Shown in pieces: positions 38,790 to 51,505 of a DNA stretch of 64,000 nucleotides. The position numbers were made by a program, and so were the translations under genes. Within the stretch, counting starts at the first letter, position 1, and every line of letters starts with the position of its first letter. The stretch spans positions 210,492,001 to 210,556,000 of the forward strand of contig NC_058368.1 in assembly GCF_018350175.1 (NCBI RefSeq), read 5' to 3'. This DNA is from Felis catus. Taxonomy: Eukaryota. The notes under the pieces were generated by a model. That model saw only the letters and a list, made by a program, of their open reading frames with translations, did not search any database and had not been told where the DNA came from.

Positions 38790-41700
38790 GAGAGCATCAC
38801 ACCTAAAGGAAATAGAAGCAGAACAGCAAAGACACCCCAAACCCAGCAGAAGAAGAGAAATAATAAAGATCAGAGCAGAAATAAACAATATAGAATCTAA
38901 AAAGACAGTAGAGCAGATCAATGAAACCAAGAGTTGGTTGTTTGAAAAAATAAACAAAATTGATAAATCTTTTGCCAGGCTTCTCAAAAAGAAAAGGGAG
39001 AGGACCCAAATAGATAAAATCATGAATGAAAATGGAATTATTGCAACCAATCCTTCAGAGATACAAGAAATTATCAGGGAATACTATGAAAAACTATATG
39101 CCAACAAACTGGACAACCTGGAAGGAATGGACAAATTCCTAAACACCCACACACTTCCAAAACTCAAACAGGAAGAACTAGAAAATTTGAACAGACCCAT
39201 AACCAGCGAAGAAATTGAATCAGTTATCAAAAATCTCCCAACAAATAAGAGTCCAGGACCAGATGGCTTCCCAGGGGAGTTCTACCAGACATTTAAAGCA
39301 GAGATAATACCTATTCTTCTCAAGCTGTTCCAAAAAATAGAAAGGGAAGGAAAGCTTCCAGACTCATTCTTTGATGCCAGCATTACTTCGATTTCTAAAC
39401 CAGACAGAGACCCAGCAAAAAAAGAGAACTACAAGCCAATATCCCTGATGAATATGGGTGCAAAAATTCTCAATAAGATACTAGCAAATAGAATTCAACA
39501 GCATATAAAAAGAATTATTCACCATGATCAAGTGGGATTCATTCCTGGGCTGCAGGGGGGGTTCAACATTCACAAATAAATCAGTGTGATACATCACATT
39601 AATAAAAGAAAAGAAAAGAACCGTATGATCCTGTCAATCAGTGCAGAAGAAGCATTTGACAAAACTTAGCATCCTTTCTTAATAAAAACCCTTGAGAAAG
39701 TCGGGATAGAAGGAACATACTTAAGCATCATAAAAGCCATGTATGAAAAGCCCATAGCCAATATCATCCTCAATGGGGAAAAAATGAGAACTTTCCTCAG
39801 GAACACGACAGAGATGTCTACTTTCACCACTGTTGTTTAACATAGTGTTGGAAGTGATGGCATCAGCAATCAGACAAAAAAAAAAAACGAAATAAATAAG
39901 TATCCAAATCGGTAAAGAAGTCAAACTTTCATTTTTCACAGATGACATGCTACTCTACATGGAAAACCCGAAAGATTCCACCAAAAAGCTGCTAGAACTG
40001 ATACATGAATTCAGAAAAGTCGCAGGATACAAAATTAATGTACAGAAATCAGTTGCATTCTTATACACTAACAATGAAGCAACAGAAAGACAAATAAAGA
40101 AACTGATCCCATTCACAATTGCACCAAGAAGCATAAAATACCTAGGGATAAATCTAACCAAAGATGTAAAAGATCTGTATGCTGAAAACTATAGAAAGCT
40201 TATGAAGGAAATTGAAGAAGATATAAAGAAATGGAAAAACATTCCTTTCTCATGGATTGGAGAGTAAATATTGTTAAAATGTCCACACTACCCAAAGCAA
40301 TCTACACATCTAATGCAATCCGAAACAAAATTGCACCAGCGTTCTTCTCGAAGCTAGAACAAGCAATCCTAAAGTTTGTATGGAACCACAAAAGACCCCA
40401 AATAGCCAAAATAACATTGAAAAAGAAAACCAAAGCAGGAGGCATCACAATCCCAGACTTTAGTCTCTACTACAAAGCTGTCATCATTAAGACAGCATGG
40501 TATTGGCACAAAAACAAACACATAAACCAATGGAATAGAATAGAGACTCCAGAATTGGACCCACAAATGTATGGCCAACTAATCTTTGACAAAACAGGAA
40601 AGAATATCCAATGGATAAAAGACAGTCTCTTTAACAAATGGTGCTGGGAGATCTGGACAGCAACATGCAGAAGAATGAAACTAGACCACTTTCTTATATC
40701 ATTCAGAAAAATAAATTCAAAATGGATGAAGGACCTGAATGTGAGACAGGAAACCATCAAAACCCTAGAGATGAAAGCAAGAAAAAGCTCTCGGACCTCA
40801 GCCGCAGCAATTTCATACTTGACACATCCCCAAAGGCAAGGGAATTAAAAGAAAAAATGAACTATTGGGACCTCATTCAAGATAAAAAGCTTCTGCACTG
40901 CAAAGGAAACAATCAACAAAACTAAAAGGCAACCGATGGAATGGTAAAAGATATTTGCAAATGACATATTGGATAAAGGGCTAGTATCCAAACAGAAGAG
41001 ACTCATAAATATGGAGAACAAACTGAGGGTTGCTGGAAGGGTTGAGGGAGGGGGGGTGGGCTAAATGGGTAAGGGGCACTAAGGAATTTCTTCCTGAAAT
41101 CATTGTTTCACTATATGCTAACTAATTTGGATGTAAATTTTAAAAAATAAAGAAGAAAATTAAAACAATTATAGAAAATGTTTAATATATAATATTAAAT
41201 GAAAGAAACGATATGTAAAAAAATAAAATAAATAAATAAAAATAAAAAATAAAATCAGAAATAAAAGACATCCAGATGGCCAACAGTCACATGAAACGAT
41301 GCTCAATGTCACTCCTCATCAGGGAAATACAAATCAAAACCACATTGAGATATCACCTCACGCCAGTCAGAGTGGCTAAAATGAACAAATCAGGAGACTA
41401 TAGATGCTGGAGAGGATGTGGAGCAATGGGAACCCTCTTGTACTGTTGGTGGGAATGCAAACTGGTGCAGCTGATCTGGAAAACAGTGTGGAGGTTCCTC
41501 AAAAAATTAAAAATAGATCTACCCTATGACCCAGAGATAGCACTGCTGGGAATTTACCCAAGGGATACAGGAGTGCTGATGCATAGGGGTACTTGTACCC
41601 CATTGTTTATAGCAGCACTTTCAACAATAGCCAGATTATGGAAGGAGCCTAAATGTCCATCAACTGACGAATGGATAAAGAAGATGTGGTTTATGTATAC

Positions 41701-42075
41701 AATGGAATATGAATTGGCAATGAGAAAGAATGAAATCTGGTCATTTGTAGCAACGTGGATGGAATTGGAGAGTGTTATGCTAAGTGAAATAAGTCAGGCA
41801 GAGAAAGACAGATACCATATGTTTTCACTCATATGTGGATCCTGAGAAACTCAACAGAAGACCAGGAGGGAGGAGAAGGGGAAAAAAAAGAGTTACAGAG
41901 AGGGAAGGAGGAAAACCATAAGAGACTCTTAAATATTGAGAATAAACTGAGGGTTGATGGGGGTGGAGGGGAAGGGAAAGTGGGTGATGGGCATTGAGGA
42001 GGGCACCTGTTGGGATGAGCACTGGGTGTTGTATGGAAACCAATTAGACATTAAATTTCATAGTAAAAAAAAAAA
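38790..42075 (+). mobile_element. 5'-truncated LINE-1 (ORF2 RT to 3'UTR and A tail) in intron 3, sense to UGT3A
   Basis: Plus ORFs 38938-39579, 39947-40267, 40231-40848 and 41276-41845 are successive ORF2 pieces; 3'UTR G-rich tract and A tail at about 42065-42075. Confidence 0.95.
40993..41263 (+). mobile_element. Very short L1 3'-end insertion of another subfamily nested in the intron-3 L1
   Basis: Matches the reverse complement of the L1 3' end at about 24270-24420 (actatatgctaactaatttggatgtaaattttaaaaa), followed by an A-rich tail. Confidence 0.88.
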
Positions 42076-42368
42076 GAATGTATCAACTAGAAATGAAACT
42101 CTAAAATCTGCTAGTGTAGGGAATGCTTTCAAAGCAGAAGGATCTTGAATTAGCTCTGATAGTGGGTGCATATGGATTGGCCAGAGAAAGGGGAGGAGAG
42201 GAGGTGAGAACATTTCAGGAGGCAGAAACACCTGGAGCAGAGTGATCAGAACAGAGTATTCATTGGACACTGGTAAAATGGGTGGGTGGTAAAATATTGT
42301 GAAATTAACACCTCCAATGAATATTTGTCTTTAGTTTTTTGTTTGTTTGTTTGTTTTTGTTTTTACAG

Positions 42369-42900
42369 GGAAGCATTTGACAACTTTGTATCATTAATGA
42401 AACAACTGGGAATTCGATGCAGTGGTTTGCTAAGGAGAGGTGATATCATGGATTTCTTAAAAAATGAGAACTTTGACTTGGTATTTGTTGAAGCACTTGA
42501 CTTCTGTTCTTTCCTCATTGCTGAGAAGCTTGGGAAGCCATTTGTGTCAATTCTTCCTACCCAATTTGGAAGTGTGGACCATGGGCTACCAAGTCCTGTG
42601 TCTTATGTTCCATTATTCCGTTCCTTGCTCACTGACCACATGGACTTCTGGGGCAGAGTGAGGAATTTTCTGATGTTCTTTGATTTCTCCATAAAGCAAA
42701 GGCAAATCCATTCTACCATTGAGAACACCATCAAGGAACATTTCCCGGAAGGCTCCAGGCCAGTTTTGTCTCATCTTTTAAAGAAAGCAGAGCTGTGGTT
42801 TGTTAACTCTGACTTTGCCCTTGAATTTGCTAGGCCCCTGCTTCCCAACACTGTGTATGTTGGAGGCTTATTGGCCAGACCTGTTAAACCAGTACCACAA
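42369..42900 (+). CDS. UGT3A: UGT3A exon 4 (EAFDNF...FDLVFVEALDFCS...ARPLLPNTVYVGGLLARPVKPVPQ)
   Basis: Lies inside ORF 42286-42996; acceptor tttttacag|G, donor CAA|GTAAGT at 42901; 532 nt; UGT motifs PSPVSYVP, MDFWGRVRNFL, RPLLPNTVYVGGL. Confidence 0.96.
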
Positions 42901-43029
42901 GTAAGTAAAACCTCAGTGCTCAATAGCGATTTCATGCAGAGCTCTTCAGTGCAGAGTTGGTGGCTTCCCTGCCAGTGGGAACTGGGAGTGAAGTAGGATG
43001 AGACAAACAAAACACCTAAATGTAAATTT

Positions 43030-43581
43030 TTATTTTTTTAATTTTTTAATTTTTATTTTTCTGTTCTATTTATTCTATTCTATTTTAAATTTTATATTAT
43101 TTTGGTAAAAACACTTAATATGAGATCTAGCCCCTTATCAAAATTTTAACCATACAATACGTAATTATTTACTGTAGGTACCATATTGGATCTCAGATCT
43201 CTAGACCTTATTTATCTCACTTATCTGTAATTCTTTCTCCATTGAATAATAGCTACCCTTTTCTCTTAAACCCTAAACCTTGGAAACCAGCTGCCACTTT
43301 TCATTTTATGAATTTGAATATTTTAAATTCTTCAGATAAGTTAACTCATGCAGTATTTGCTTATCTGGCTTATGTCACTTATCATAATATCTTTAAGTTT
43401 CACCCATGTTTTCCCATATTGCAAAATTTTCTTCTTTTTTAAAGAATACATAATATTCTTCTTAAAAGAACATATAGTATTCTTTTTTAAAGAATATAAG
43501 TATTGTTTTTTAAAGAATATAGAGAACTTTTAAAAAATATGTAGTATTTTTTAAAGAATATATATATAATATATATAATGG

Positions 43582-43612
<31 letters not shown>

Positions 43613-44420
43613 CTCACAATTTCTTCAACCGTTCATCTTTAATGGATATTTTATTTGTTTCCATATCTTGCTTATTGTGAATAGTGCTTCCGTGAATATG
43701 GGAATACAGACATCTCTTTGAGATCTTGATTTCCATTTTCTGTTTTTAATTTGTGGGGAAATTTCCATACTATTGTCCTTAGTGCCTTTGACATTTTTCA
43801 TTCCCAACCACAGTATGTAAGGGTTGTTATTTCTCCATATCTTTAACACTAGTTGTCTTCTGATTTTTAAAAATAACTACCAATATTTGTGAATTAATAA
43901 CTCATTGTGGTTTTGATGTGTATTTCCCTGATGGCTAGTGTTGTTGAGTACTTTTTTCATATATCTGTTTGCCATTTGGCATGTTTTCTTTGGATAAATG
44001 TCTATTCAAGTCCTCCATCTATTTTTAATAGAGTTTTAAGACTTTTTTCTTCTCCATTGAATTGTAAGCCTTTCTTATACATTTTGGAGATTAATCTCTT
44101 AGGATTATGGTTTATAAATGTTTTCTATTATGTAGGTCTTCTGTTACTCTGTTGATTGTTTCTTTGCTGTGCAGAAGCTTTGTAGTTTAATGTAGTCTCA
44201 CTTGTTTTGTTGTTTGTTTTGGTGTTTGTTTCTTTTGATTTTGATATTTCATTTTCTAGTTTATTGTGCTATATTTTTGAAATCAATAGCAAGACCAGTA
44301 CCATGAAGTTTCACCCTGTGTTTTTTTTCTAAGAGCTTTGTCGTTTCCGTCTTAGGATTAAGTCTTTAATCAATTTTGAGTTGAGTTTTTTGTATGGAGT
44401 AAGGTGAGGGTCCAGTCAAC
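43030..44420 (-). mobile_element. Old L1M 3' fragment in intron 4
   Basis: T-rich tail, L1MA-like 3'UTR, ORF2 C-terminal remnant (IFTEALFTISKIWKQ in ORF 43625-43849). Confidence 0.75.
43430..43562. repeat. Degenerate ~22-25 bp minisatellite (TTTTTAAAGAATA core, about 6 units)
   Basis: Core recurs repeatedly across the interval. Confidence 0.75.
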
Positions 44421-44867
44421 CTCTGGTGAGAGGTTGTTTTCATAACTATCTGCCAACTTTGGTGAGACTGGTTACACAATTGCCTGGGGTACAGTTAGTT
44501 TTTAGTTATTTTTATTTTTATCTTTTAAGTACTTCAAATAAAATATTTTTAAAATATTTCTGTACAGAATGAGAGCATGGAACTTCCTATTCTAATGTCA
44601 TGTTGTGCTCTTTTCAGTTTTAAATAATAGATTTACATTAATCTTATAATTATCAAAAGATAGTAAAGGTGATTTTAAGTGGTCCCCCAGAATGGTAGTT
44701 CTAACAGTGTAGTGCTGGATGGAGTCAATTACAGCCCAATGGAACAATGGGGTATAGGTTGGGAATTGGGAACAACCAAACCATGAAGAGGATGGAGAAA
44801 CTGTTATAAAGAATTGACAAAACTGTATTCATGCTCACTTTTAGGGGATTAAATCAGAAACTTCCTA

Positions 44868-45086
44868 GGGGGCCTGGTGGCTCATTTGGTTAAGCATGTG
44901 ACTGCGGCTCAGGTCATGATCTTACCATTCGTGAGTTGGAGCCCCGCATTGGGCCCTGTGCTGACAGCTCAGAGCCTGGGGCCTGCTTCAGGTTCTGTGT
45001 CTCTCTGTTTCTGCCCCTCTTATGCTCGCACTCTGTCTCTGTCTCTCTGTTTCAAAAATAAATAAACGTGAAAAAATTAAAAAAAA
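44868..45086 (+). mobile_element. CanSINE
   Basis: ggggcctggtggctcatttggttaagc head, A tail, TSD AAAyTTCCTA. Confidence 0.9.
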
Positions 45087-45159
45087 TTTCCTAAGAATAA
45101 TCTAGGAATTATTATATGCTATATATTATATAGCATAATATATGCTAATTAATATCACA

Positions 45160-47720
45160 CAAAATAGACTTCAGTCAAAAAGTTCACAGGAGGTAAAAAT
45201 ATTTTATAAATAGTTTAATATAACAAATCAATCAATGTAATACATTATTAGAGTGGAAGGAATAAAAAAACACATCATGTCAATATATGCAGAAAAGATA
45301 TTTGACTAAATGAATACCCTTTCATGATAAAAACAAAACTAAGGGTAAAAAAGGTACTTCTTCACATGACAAAGATATTTACTGGAACACTCACAGCTAA
45401 CATCATATTCTTTATGATAGACAGAAATTGTGCTGCCTCAGGTCAGTAGTCTAAGATGCCCACTGCTACTTAAATATGCCATAGACAGAGCAAGTAGGCA
45501 AGAAAAAGAAATTCTGAATTGGAATGGACAATGTCAAAATAGCTTACATTTTTTTATATGACATAAGTCTCTCTATAGAACATCCCAAAGACTTCACACA
45601 CCAAAAAGAAACTACTAGATGTTAAACAAATCTAGCAAAGTTGCAGGGAAAATATCAACATGGAAATAGGACTTGTGTTTCCATACACTGGCTAGGAACA
45701 ACCTGAAAATGAAATCAAGTAAATTATTCTGCTTACAACAGCATCCAATTAAACTGAGGAGGTGAAAGACATGTATGTTCACTGGACACTACAAATTTCC
45801 TGAGAGAAATTAAGAAAGACCTAAATAAATAAAAAGATATCTCTAGATCATGGATTATGATACTTAATATTGTTAAAAGAGCAATACTACTGAAAATTAT
45901 CTACAGATTTGATCTAATCCTTATCAATAGTTTAATGGCCTTTTTTATAGATGAAAAAGGCAGTTTTCAAATGCATATGGAAATGAAGAGACCCTGAATA
46001 ACCAAAGCAATAATAAAAAGAAGAATGACTCATACATCTGTGACTAATTCATTTTTACAAGGATGCCAAAAACAACCAATGCAGTCTCTTCAGACTCTCT
46101 TCAGAAAATGGTGCTGAGACCATTGGATATTTGTTCACATTGAAGGGAATGTATTTTGAGCCTTCCTCACACCACATACCAATATGAACTCAAAATGGAT
46201 CAATGGCCTAAATAAAGAGCTAAAAGCCATAAAATTCTTAGAAGACAAAAAAGGGATAAATCTACACAGACTTGGATTTGGCAATGAATTTGTAGATGTG
46301 ACACCAAAGCATGAGTAACAACGGAAAAAAATACATAAATTGGACTTCATCAGGATAAAAAACTTCTCTGTATCAAGGTAGAATGCAAGTTCGTCTTCTC
46401 ACTGCCACATTTTAGCCTCATACTGGAGGTCCTAAGTAAAGCAATAAGACAAAAAAGGAGGTAAAAGGCATATAGATTAGACAGGAGGAAATAATATGGT
46501 TTTGTTCACAGATGGCATGATGGTCCATTTAGAAAATCTGAAAAGTCATAAAAAAATCCTAGAATTAGTAAGCAATTGGAGCAATGCCACAGGATACTAG
46601 TTTAATGTATAAAATCATCTTTTTCTTATATATCAGCAATGAATGGAGGAATATGAAATTAAAAACAATAAACTATTTACATTAGCACTACCAAAAATGA
46701 GATCTTAGGAATAAATAAAAAATATGTATATATACAAGATTAAATGAGGAAAACTATAAAACTCTAAAGAAAGAAAGAAATTAAAGAACTAAATAAATGG
46801 AGAGTAAGTCCATGTTCATGGGTAAGAAGACTCAATATTGCCAAGATATTAGTTCTTTGAAAATTGATCTATACATTCAATGCAATCCCAATCAAAACCT
46901 CTGCAACTATTTTGTGGATATTAATTAAAAAATTTTAAAATTTGCATGGAGAGGCATGTTTTAGGGTTCAGTTAAACCCTAAAAAGCCAACACAATATTG
47001 AAGATGAAGAACAAAGTTTGAGGAGTGATATTGTCAACTTCATGACTTACTATAAAGCTACAATAATCAAAATGGTATGATATTGGCAAAAGATTAGAAG
47101 TCAATGTAACAGAATAGAGAAGCCAAAATAGACCCACATAAATTTAGTGGGCTGATGTGTCATAAAGGAGTAAAGACAATAGTATAGAGAAAGCAGACTT
47201 TCAAAAACCAACAGTGCTGGAAAAATGATCTGACTACATAGAAAATTAATTAGCCTCAGATCCTACACATTCAAAAAAATTAACTCAAAACAGACCGTAA
47301 ACCTTAATATAAAAAGCAAGTGCAAAGTACGAAACTTTTAGAATATGATATCAGAAAAGAATCTAGAGGACCTAGGGTTTGGTGAAAACTTTTTAAATGC
47401 AAAACCTAAGTCATGATCTATGAAAGAAAGAGTTGATAAGTGTGCTAAGTTGAAATTAAAATTTCTCTTCTGGGCAGGAATTATCAAGAGAATGAAAGGA
47501 GGAGGAACAGAACACAACCAAATGTTTGGAACAGATCTGTTAAAAACTATTATTCAAAATATTCAAATAAACACAGACACACATATACACAATATACAAA
47601 GAACTATTAAAATTTAACAATTAAAACCAGTATTTTAAAAATGGACCGAACACCTTACCAGAACTGTCAACAAAGAAAACACAGATGGCTCATAAGCCAT
47701 ATGAGCCTCATATGAAGGAG
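45160..47720 (+). mobile_element. Old L1M ORF2 fragments (two overlapping ORF2 segments, junction near 46385)
   Basis: A-rich degraded ORF2-like sequence; the RT-region segment appears at about 45480-45950 and again at about 46430-46950. Confidence 0.65.
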
Positions 47721-48342
47721 ACACATGACAGATATTTTCCCAGCATTACCTCAGTTTCCAGAAGGCCTACTGCCCCCTACTGGTCTAGGACATCAAGTGG
47801 CACTCTCCCAGGCACTAGCACCCTGGTCTGACATTGGAACACTCCTAAGTGACCATGTATCCCTAGAACTAGGATGAGGGATGAGGATCACCCTTGTTCT
47901 GGGGTCATGTTGTTAATGAAGAAAGAAGTTTCCACACCCTGTACTTTCCTCTTCTTAAAACATTGTTAAATCAACATTCTGAATCTAGGTGTTGGTGCTA
48001 CAGTATGTGTTAAGTGCCTTATGTGCAATGTGGGCTATTGTGATAGTGGCTGGACACCTAAGGCTCTCTACACATCCATTTGTGATTATTGAAGGTATTC
48101 ATATGGTATGGCGTGTCCTGAGATCTCAGAAAAACGACTTCAAAACCACCAGACACAATGGATACGAGCACAGTGAAGAGTGCACTCAGCTGTTCCCAGG
48201 GCTATGAGAACAATTTCAAGACAGTGAGCTCTAGGTACTGACAGGAGGGTGTATTCAGTTAATAGTTGACTTTCATTTCATGAATGTCTAGGCTTTCATA
48301 AACAACTTTGTTCACATCCTGTCCTTTCTCACTTCTCTCCAG

Positions 48343-48574
48343 GAATTTGAGAATTTCATCAGCAAGTTTGGAGACTCTGGTTTTGTCCTTGTGGCCATGG
48401 GCTCCATAGTGAGCAACTATCAGTCCCAGGAAGTTCTCATGGAGATGAACAGTGCCTTTGCTAATCTGTCTCAAGGTGTGATATGGAAATGTAAGTTATC
48501 TAAGTGGCCCAAAGACGTCAAATTGGCAGCAAATGTGAAAATCGTGGACTGGCTTCCTCAGAATGACCTCTTGG
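48343..48574 (+). CDS. UGT3A: UGT3A exon 5 (EFENFISKFGDSGFVLVAMGS...VDWLPQNDLL)
   Basis: Pyrimidine-rich acceptor cttctctccag|GAA, donor TTGG|GTAAGG; 232 nt; start of the UGT signature. Confidence 0.96.
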
Positions 48575-49893
48575 GTAAGGACTACCCAGATCTATTTCTC
48601 TCTTTCCATTTATGTAACTTTAGGGCTCTACTAGGCACCCCAGCAGCCTGTGAAGGAGCAGATGGTAGCTAAAGGTAACGTCTAGAGGGTAGGAATGGAG
48701 CAGCCAGCTGGAGTTCTTGGGATATTAGGTATACTTCCCAAATGGCTAAAGTTTCCATGTTTTCTTCTTCCCTTCTATTCCTGATACCTTCAGTCAGAAG
48801 TGATATTATCATGCCATTATTTTGACCCTATCATATTTGGCACTGAACAACATTGCCTAAATACAAAGACAGTTTACGGACTCTGAGAACACATATCAAC
48901 GGCCATACTACCAGTGTTTTCCAGGCATCTTGAGCACCTGTTAGGCTTTATGCCATTGTAGAAACACACTCCCACACTTACTGGTTCACCCTCCTTTGCT
49001 GCAAAAGATGTACTCATACTTTCACAAGGTTTCTGTTAACTGTCTGAAGAGTGTACTAAAATATCTGAATGTCAAGCTGAATAACCTCTCAGCTTTTTAC
49101 CTGGTTCAACAAATTCTCTGGTAACAGAGAGCTAGATGGTTCTGCACATTTTTTTCAGAAGGCATGGGGTATGTAAAAAGATTCTGATTTTCAAAGAAAC
49201 ACAAATAAATTCTGATGCACATCCCCGTTGAGAGGCAGTGTTGGAGATGAACTCTTTGTTATCAACACTTGTTTTAGTTTTCTCTAAAGAAGGGTGGAGT
49301 AAGCACACAAGAACTGGAAATACTGAGATGGGTGGTCCATCATTCTCTGCTTTAGAGGATTTCCTATGGAATTGAATAGAAAGCATATGAGGTGTAAGTT
49401 TGATGAATGTCACATGATTATGTGTCGTCAATGAAAGTGTTAAGACTTCAGATAACAGGGAAGTGAATGGACAGTGAAAGAGAGAGGGTGAAACCTGGAG
49501 AGTGAGAGATGGAAACAGAGATAGAGTGAGATACCAAGAGAGACAACAGGGATGGGAGACGCAAGAGAGATGTAGCATTGAGAGAAAAGAATGGATGGAT
49601 GAAAGGATGGATATGGGAGGAGGATTATTTCTTGCTAAGCACTGTTCTCTGCAGATTTCCTTGGGTTCTTATTCCCACATGGATTGTTTTAAGGAATCTC
49701 TGTACAGAGACAAGGCCAGAATCTTGTATCTTGGAATATGCACCCTTGAGTGTGTCCTAAGCTAAATCAGTATATCAGTTTCTCCAACATAATTTGAGAT
49801 CTCTTTGTATTTTTTTTCTGCCCTTGCTACTTTATCAGATGTTCTGAAAATTTTCACCCTGAAATATTCTGCTCTGTTCCTGATTTACAACAG

Positions 49894-50113
49894 CTCACCC
49901 ACGCATCCGTCTTTTTGTCACTCATGGTGGGATGAATAGCATAATGGAGGCCATCCAACATGGTGTACCCATGGTAGCGATTCCTGTCCTTAAAGAACAG
50001 GCTGAAAACATGGTCCGAGTAGAAGCCAAAAAGTTTGGTGTCTCTATTCAGTTAAAGCAGATCAAGGCAGAGACATTGGCTCTGAAGATGAAGGAAGTCA
50101 TAGAAGACAAGAG
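49894..50113 (+). CDS. UGT3A: UGT3A exon 6 (AHPRIRLFVTHGGMNSIMEAIQHGVPMVAIPVLKEQAENMVRV...EDKR)
   Basis: Acceptor tttacaacag|CT, donor AAGAG|GTATGG; 220 nt; UDP-sugar-binding signature. Confidence 0.96.
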
Positions 50114-51228
50114 GTATGGAGCTCTTTGGGCTTGTGGTCACTTAGGCTGAAAGAAGGCATCAAATACGAAGGGTGCTGTGTGGCACACTTTTGCAATAAC
50201 AGCTGGAACTTCCAGGACACAGAATATGTATGTGACGCTAACATCTGACCTGTTACCTTTGAGAGCAAGACTAGGCATTTAGGTTAGATATTGAGAACGA
50301 GTTCTACTCAACTATAAGTAGGACTGTGACCTACTTATATAGGGTTTCTGAGAGGTGTTATATTTTAAGGGTGCTTATAATTGAATTACTTAAGGCAGAA
50401 GGTTGCCTTTCAGTCCCCCAATATGCCACACTGTTTCCTGCCTCAGGCCCTTTGTCAGTGCAGCTCTCTAAAACATCCTTCCTTCTCCTCTCAGGACTGG
50501 CACCTTCATGACAGTCGGACTAATCTCCAATGCCCTCTCCTCAGAGAGGCAGTCTTTATCTAACAGTCCTAACTGCACTCTTCTCCCATTCCCTTCAATC
50601 ATAATTTCATTTTTCCTTCTTATCGCTTCTCAGGATCAGCAACTACCCCATCCCCATTTCTTTCTGTTTTAATTTATTGTGTGTCCCTCACACTATAGAG
50701 AGTAAGCTCCCCTAGATGGCCAAGTGTGTCTCTTGTGTTCCCATATTCCCAGGGCCTAGTAAAGGGCCTGCTACAAAGTAAGGATGAATTTATGTTAAGT
50801 GAATCAGTAAAAGGGCCCATGATATCCTAGGTAAATTCCCACCCAGCACAATGATCTGATAACCAGGATGAACTGAATAACTTATTAGGGTCTCCAGGAC
50901 ATCTACACTGAGTGGGTTATATGTTACATCCCATATATTCATATCTACTCTTCCTTTTATCAACCATAAGCTTCCTGGGTAGAGATTTGACTTTACAACT
51001 TAGTCCCTGTTTTATAGTTTAGCACTTTTAGCACTAATCATGTATCTTCGCATGGAGGCGCTAGTTTGAGCTTTTCAGTGGGACCAACTGGACGGTGGTA
51101 AGGCCAGGCCAACAACTTTTCCTTGAAAATGAGTCTTCTGTGCATGCAGAGGAAAGCATGTGTGACACGAGGTCTCTAAGACTTCTGAGACCACAGAAGT
51201 AATGCCCTGCCTCTGTGTCTGCCAACAG

Positions 51229-51505
51229 GTACAAGTCAGCAGCGGTGGCCGCCAGCATCATCAGGCGCTCCCACCCCCTGACCCCTGCCCAGAGGCTGGT
51301 GGGCTGGATCGACCACATCCTCCAGACAGGGGGTGCGGCCCACCTTAAGCCCCATGCCCTGCAGCAGCCGTGGCATGAGCAGTACCTGCTGGACGTCTTC
51401 TTGTTCCTGCTGGTGGTCACCCTGGGCACCCTGTGGCTCTGCGTGAAGCTGTTGGGCATGGTGACCAGGTGGCTGTGTGGGGCCAGGAAGCTGAAGAAGG
51501 CCTGA
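51229..51505 (+). CDS. UGT3A: UGT3A exon 7 coding part (YKSAAVAASII...TM helix...ARKLKKA*)
   Basis: Acceptor gccaacag|G; RLVGWIDHILQTGGAAHLKP, QPWHEQYLLDV, hydrophobic TM segment, KxKxx tail, TGA at 51503-51505. Confidence 0.96.

Larger units (their letters stand above)
7332..51505 (+). other. UGT3A: UGT3A-family UDP-glycosyltransferase gene, 7 coding exons, 521 aa, intact spliced ORF (ATG to stop span)
   Basis: Manual splicing gives 94+102+109+532+232+220+277=1566 nt with consistent phases and GT-AG introns. Protein has a signal peptide, GGSH (catalytic His35), the UGT signature WLPQNDLLAHP...FVTHGG.NS..EA...GVP, a C-terminal TM helix and a RKLKKA ER-retrieval tail. Exon sizes match my recollection of human UGT3A1/2 except exon 3. 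Orthology to 3A1 versus 3A2 cannot be resolved from this sequence. Confidence 0.95.

Noticed and set aside
38938..41845. ORFs of 189-213 aa as host genes or an active retrotransposon
   Set aside because: They are L1 ORF2 fragments separated by stops and frameshifts; the element is 5'-truncated. No L1 in the window has intact ORF1 and ORF2.
43430..43562. Short repeated units with variable spacers, superficially CRISPR-like
   Set aside because: Degenerate AT-rich minisatellite within an old L1 in mammalian DNA; no constant repeat, no unique spacers, no cas genes.
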